Translations under genes and position numbers: made by a program
The notes under the pieces: model-generated
Databases searched by the model: none
Told to the model about the DNA's origin: nothing
The model's input: the letters and a program-made list of their open reading frames with translations, nothing else
Source of the DNA: Octopus sinensis
Taxonomy: Eukaryota
Assembly (NCBI RefSeq): GCF_006345805.1
Contig: NW_021826733.1
Coordinates: 1 to 11,929 of the forward strand
Length of the DNA stretch: 11,929 nucleotides
Direction: 5' to 3'
In this document: piece by piece, positions 9,875 to 11,929 of the stretch
Layout: each line of letters begins with the position of its first letter
How positions within the stretch are numbered: the first letter of the stretch is position 1

Positions 9875-10107
9875 TGTGTGTGTGTGTTTTATGTCTGTAT
9901 ATGTCCCAACCATCAACACTTGACAAGCGTTGTTGGTTTATTTATGACCCCCTAAGAGAGCGGATTCGGCTAAAGAAACCGATAGAATACGTACTGAACT
10001 TACAAAAAAAATAAGTCCTGGGATCGATTTGTTCGACAAAAATCCTTCGATGCGATGCTCCAGCATGGTCGCAGTCAAACGACTGAAACACGTAAAAGAA
10101 TAGAAAG
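9875..10107 (+). mobile_element. SINE family B 3' module (headless)
   Basis: Aligns with ~6990-7208: acttgacaa..., ccgatagaata.gtact, aataagtcctggg..tcgatttg.tcgacaaaa, tgctccagcatgg, gtaaaagaata. Confidence 0.85.
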
Positions 10108-10182
10108 CAATTTTCTCTATCATTTGCCTATCAAATACGCGTATGTCTTGAAAGAGTAGCTCACAAAGCTGTAAATAAATAC

Positions 10183-10254
10183 CGCCATTTGAGTAATTCC
10201 CAGTCGCTTCCATCCGTCGTAAATCTATGAATATTTGATCAATTTTCTCAACTT
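10183..10254 (-). CDS. Candidate 72-nt symmetric (phase 1-1) internal exon, (E)VEKIDQIFIDLRRMEATGNYSNG
   Basis: Branch-point-like TACTGAC (10298-10292), an AG-free T-rich tract, acceptor TAG ending at 10255, an open frame and donor G|GTATTT. An alternative in-frame donor T|GTGAGC lies at 10165/10164. No protein family recognised. Confidence 0.3.
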
Positions 10255-10405
10255 CTACGAAAATGATATAACAATTTGAAGATGAAAAAGTGTCAGTACT
10301 CTAATTTCTATGTTTATTAATAAATTAACTCAAAATGGTACAGTGGAGTCGTAAAAATATTGATACATAATTTTAATTATATAAGAAAGTTAGTAACACT
10401 TAATA

Positions 10406-10556
10406 GGCGCAGAAATGGGTGGGTGTGTGGTAAGGAGCTTGCTTCCCAACCACATGGTCCCTGGTTCAGTCCCACTGCGTGGTGCGTTGGGTAAATGGCT
10501 TCTACCATAGCCTCAGCCGACCAAAACCTTGTGAGTGGATTTGGCAGACGGAAACT
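10406..10556 (+). mobile_element. SINE family B 5' module (ends at TA run)
   Basis: Aligns with 6761-6908: gtgtggtaag, ccacatg, ggttcagtcccactgc, atagcctc.gccgaccaaa.ccttgtgagtggatttgg.agacgga. Confidence 0.85.
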
Positions 10557-10778
10557 ATATATATATATATATAGGGGTAAAATATGAAAAATCAACTGAA
10601 ATGCACATTGCAAATAAAAAAAGGCTATTTATGACAGGTAACGACAAATATATACATTTAGATTGACTGAGGTAGTAATATGAGTCATAAAAGGCATTAT
10701 TATGAGATGGTTATAAGATGATAATAAAGTAAGAGAACAAAACGGACTATGATTTACGCAAAGCTATTCATCGTTTGA

Positions 10779-10815
<37 letters not shown>

Positions 10816-10819
<4 letters not shown>

Positions 10820-11017
10820 ATCCAAACAAGAAAACACAAAAAACACAGCAACGCGAGGACGTGGAACAAATAAAGTATTATTGGACGCTCAGGAAAGAAG
10901 GGAAGAAGGAGGGTTTAACGTTTCGAGCGGTGCTCTTCGTCGGAAACAAAGGAGAAGGAAAGATCCCGAGAAGGGAAGACAGAGGAAAAAAAATTGCTGG
11001 CGGTGCTCACGAGGTCA
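10816..11017 (-). mobile_element. Putative Penelope-like element terminal-repeat fragment / non-autonomous derivative
   Basis: Strongly strand-skewed ~200-bp unit abutting (TA)n at 10786-10815 and carrying a minimal hammerhead motif. The association of such motifs with Penelope-like elements is established. No RT ORF is present here. Confidence 0.55.
10913..10947 (-). ncRNA. Minimal type I hammerhead ribozyme motif (U4C variant)
   Basis: RNA: GUUU CCGACGA A GAGC ACC GCUC GAAA C GUU AAAC. Stem I is GUUU/AAAC and stem II is GAGC/GCUC. A palindromic ACGU stands in place of stem III, and the cleavage triplet is GUU. Confidence 0.7.
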
Positions 11018-11735
11018 TATAAATATTTTGATTAGATTGAATTCAAATTTCGAATTGATCCTTAAGCTAATGCCTGTTTCTCGACCCTGCATGTTTTATT
11101 TCAATCAACATACAATAACACGACGGATTGATACCACCGACATTACTCTTTTTGATATGACATCTCCGACTCATTGCTAGAATTGATAAATACTTTTAGC
11201 AGCGAACGGTAGAACATGAATATTAAAACAGAACCGAAACTCTAGCTAAGTAATACGTATATTTTCGATTCTTGATGTATGGTGGCCATTTCAAAATATT
11301 TATAACACTGATGTCATTGAGGATGACATTGGTGTGACAACAGTCAATAGTTTCTTTTATGTTCTTTTTCCAGAAACTGCCAATTCTAGCTTGAGTGTTT
11401 TCCATTTGCCTTCGTCATCATTTTTGTAGCCCAAGTCCATTCATGTTCGCTTCCATATTTTTCCTGAACAGCTGAATTTCCGGTATGCTTGTCATCCATA
11501 TATTTTGATGTTTCCTATCTGTTCAATGCCTATTGCTTTATGTATATTTTCCTAACCTGACAATCTAACAAATATCACGTTTTATACTCCTATTTCCTTA
11601 CGATATAACAATATTTTTTGTTTGATCCCTACCTCAATTTAGATTTTCTCTATTTTATACATCTATATTTATTTTTTCATGCCATTTTCGTAAAACAAGG
11701 AATATTTCATCTTCAAACCACAAAATATTATTTCC

Positions 11736-11736
<1 letters not shown>

Positions 11737-11786
<50 letters not shown>

Positions 11787-11798
11787 TTTTTTTTTTTT
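11737..11798. repeat. (TAT)n trinucleotide microsatellite followed by poly-T
   Basis: Seen directly. Confidence 0.95.
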
Positions 11799-11929
11799 TG
11801 GCAATTTTATATTTTTCTTCATTTGAGTCGTTGTATAAGTTGCTTTGATTTCTTTCTCGGTTTCAGTTTTCAAATATAAATGGGCTATGGTAGGTAAACC
11901 CCGAGTATGCTTTTGTCTGCTTAAGTATA

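Noticed and set aside
11340-11550. Possible very decayed LINE ORF on the minus strand
   Set aside because: Only a vague motif resemblance that needs several frameshifts and stops; not supportable without a search.

Overview
AT-rich, repeat-saturated eukaryotic non-coding DNA (intronic or intergenic). It is most likely cephalopod (Octopus-like), inferred from recalled SINE families and the dense TA/TACA/TATC microsatellites. No intact protein-coding gene is supported; most listed ORFs are microsatellite or repeat artefacts. The window holds three tRNA-headed SINE families in several full and partial copies, a 5'-truncated RTE-clade LINE (8491-8928, minus) with a 7-bp target-site duplication, and two inverted-repeat elements (6317-6714, 9505-9687). 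It also holds a ~96%-identical 116-bp duplication (7191-7306 / 9011-9126), one candidate short internal exon on the minus strand (10183-10254), and a minimal hammerhead ribozyme motif (10913-10947, minus) of the dimer-cleaving Penelope-associated type. I found no convincing novel multi-gene system. The ribozyme-bearing repeat and the modular TE architecture are the most interesting signals.
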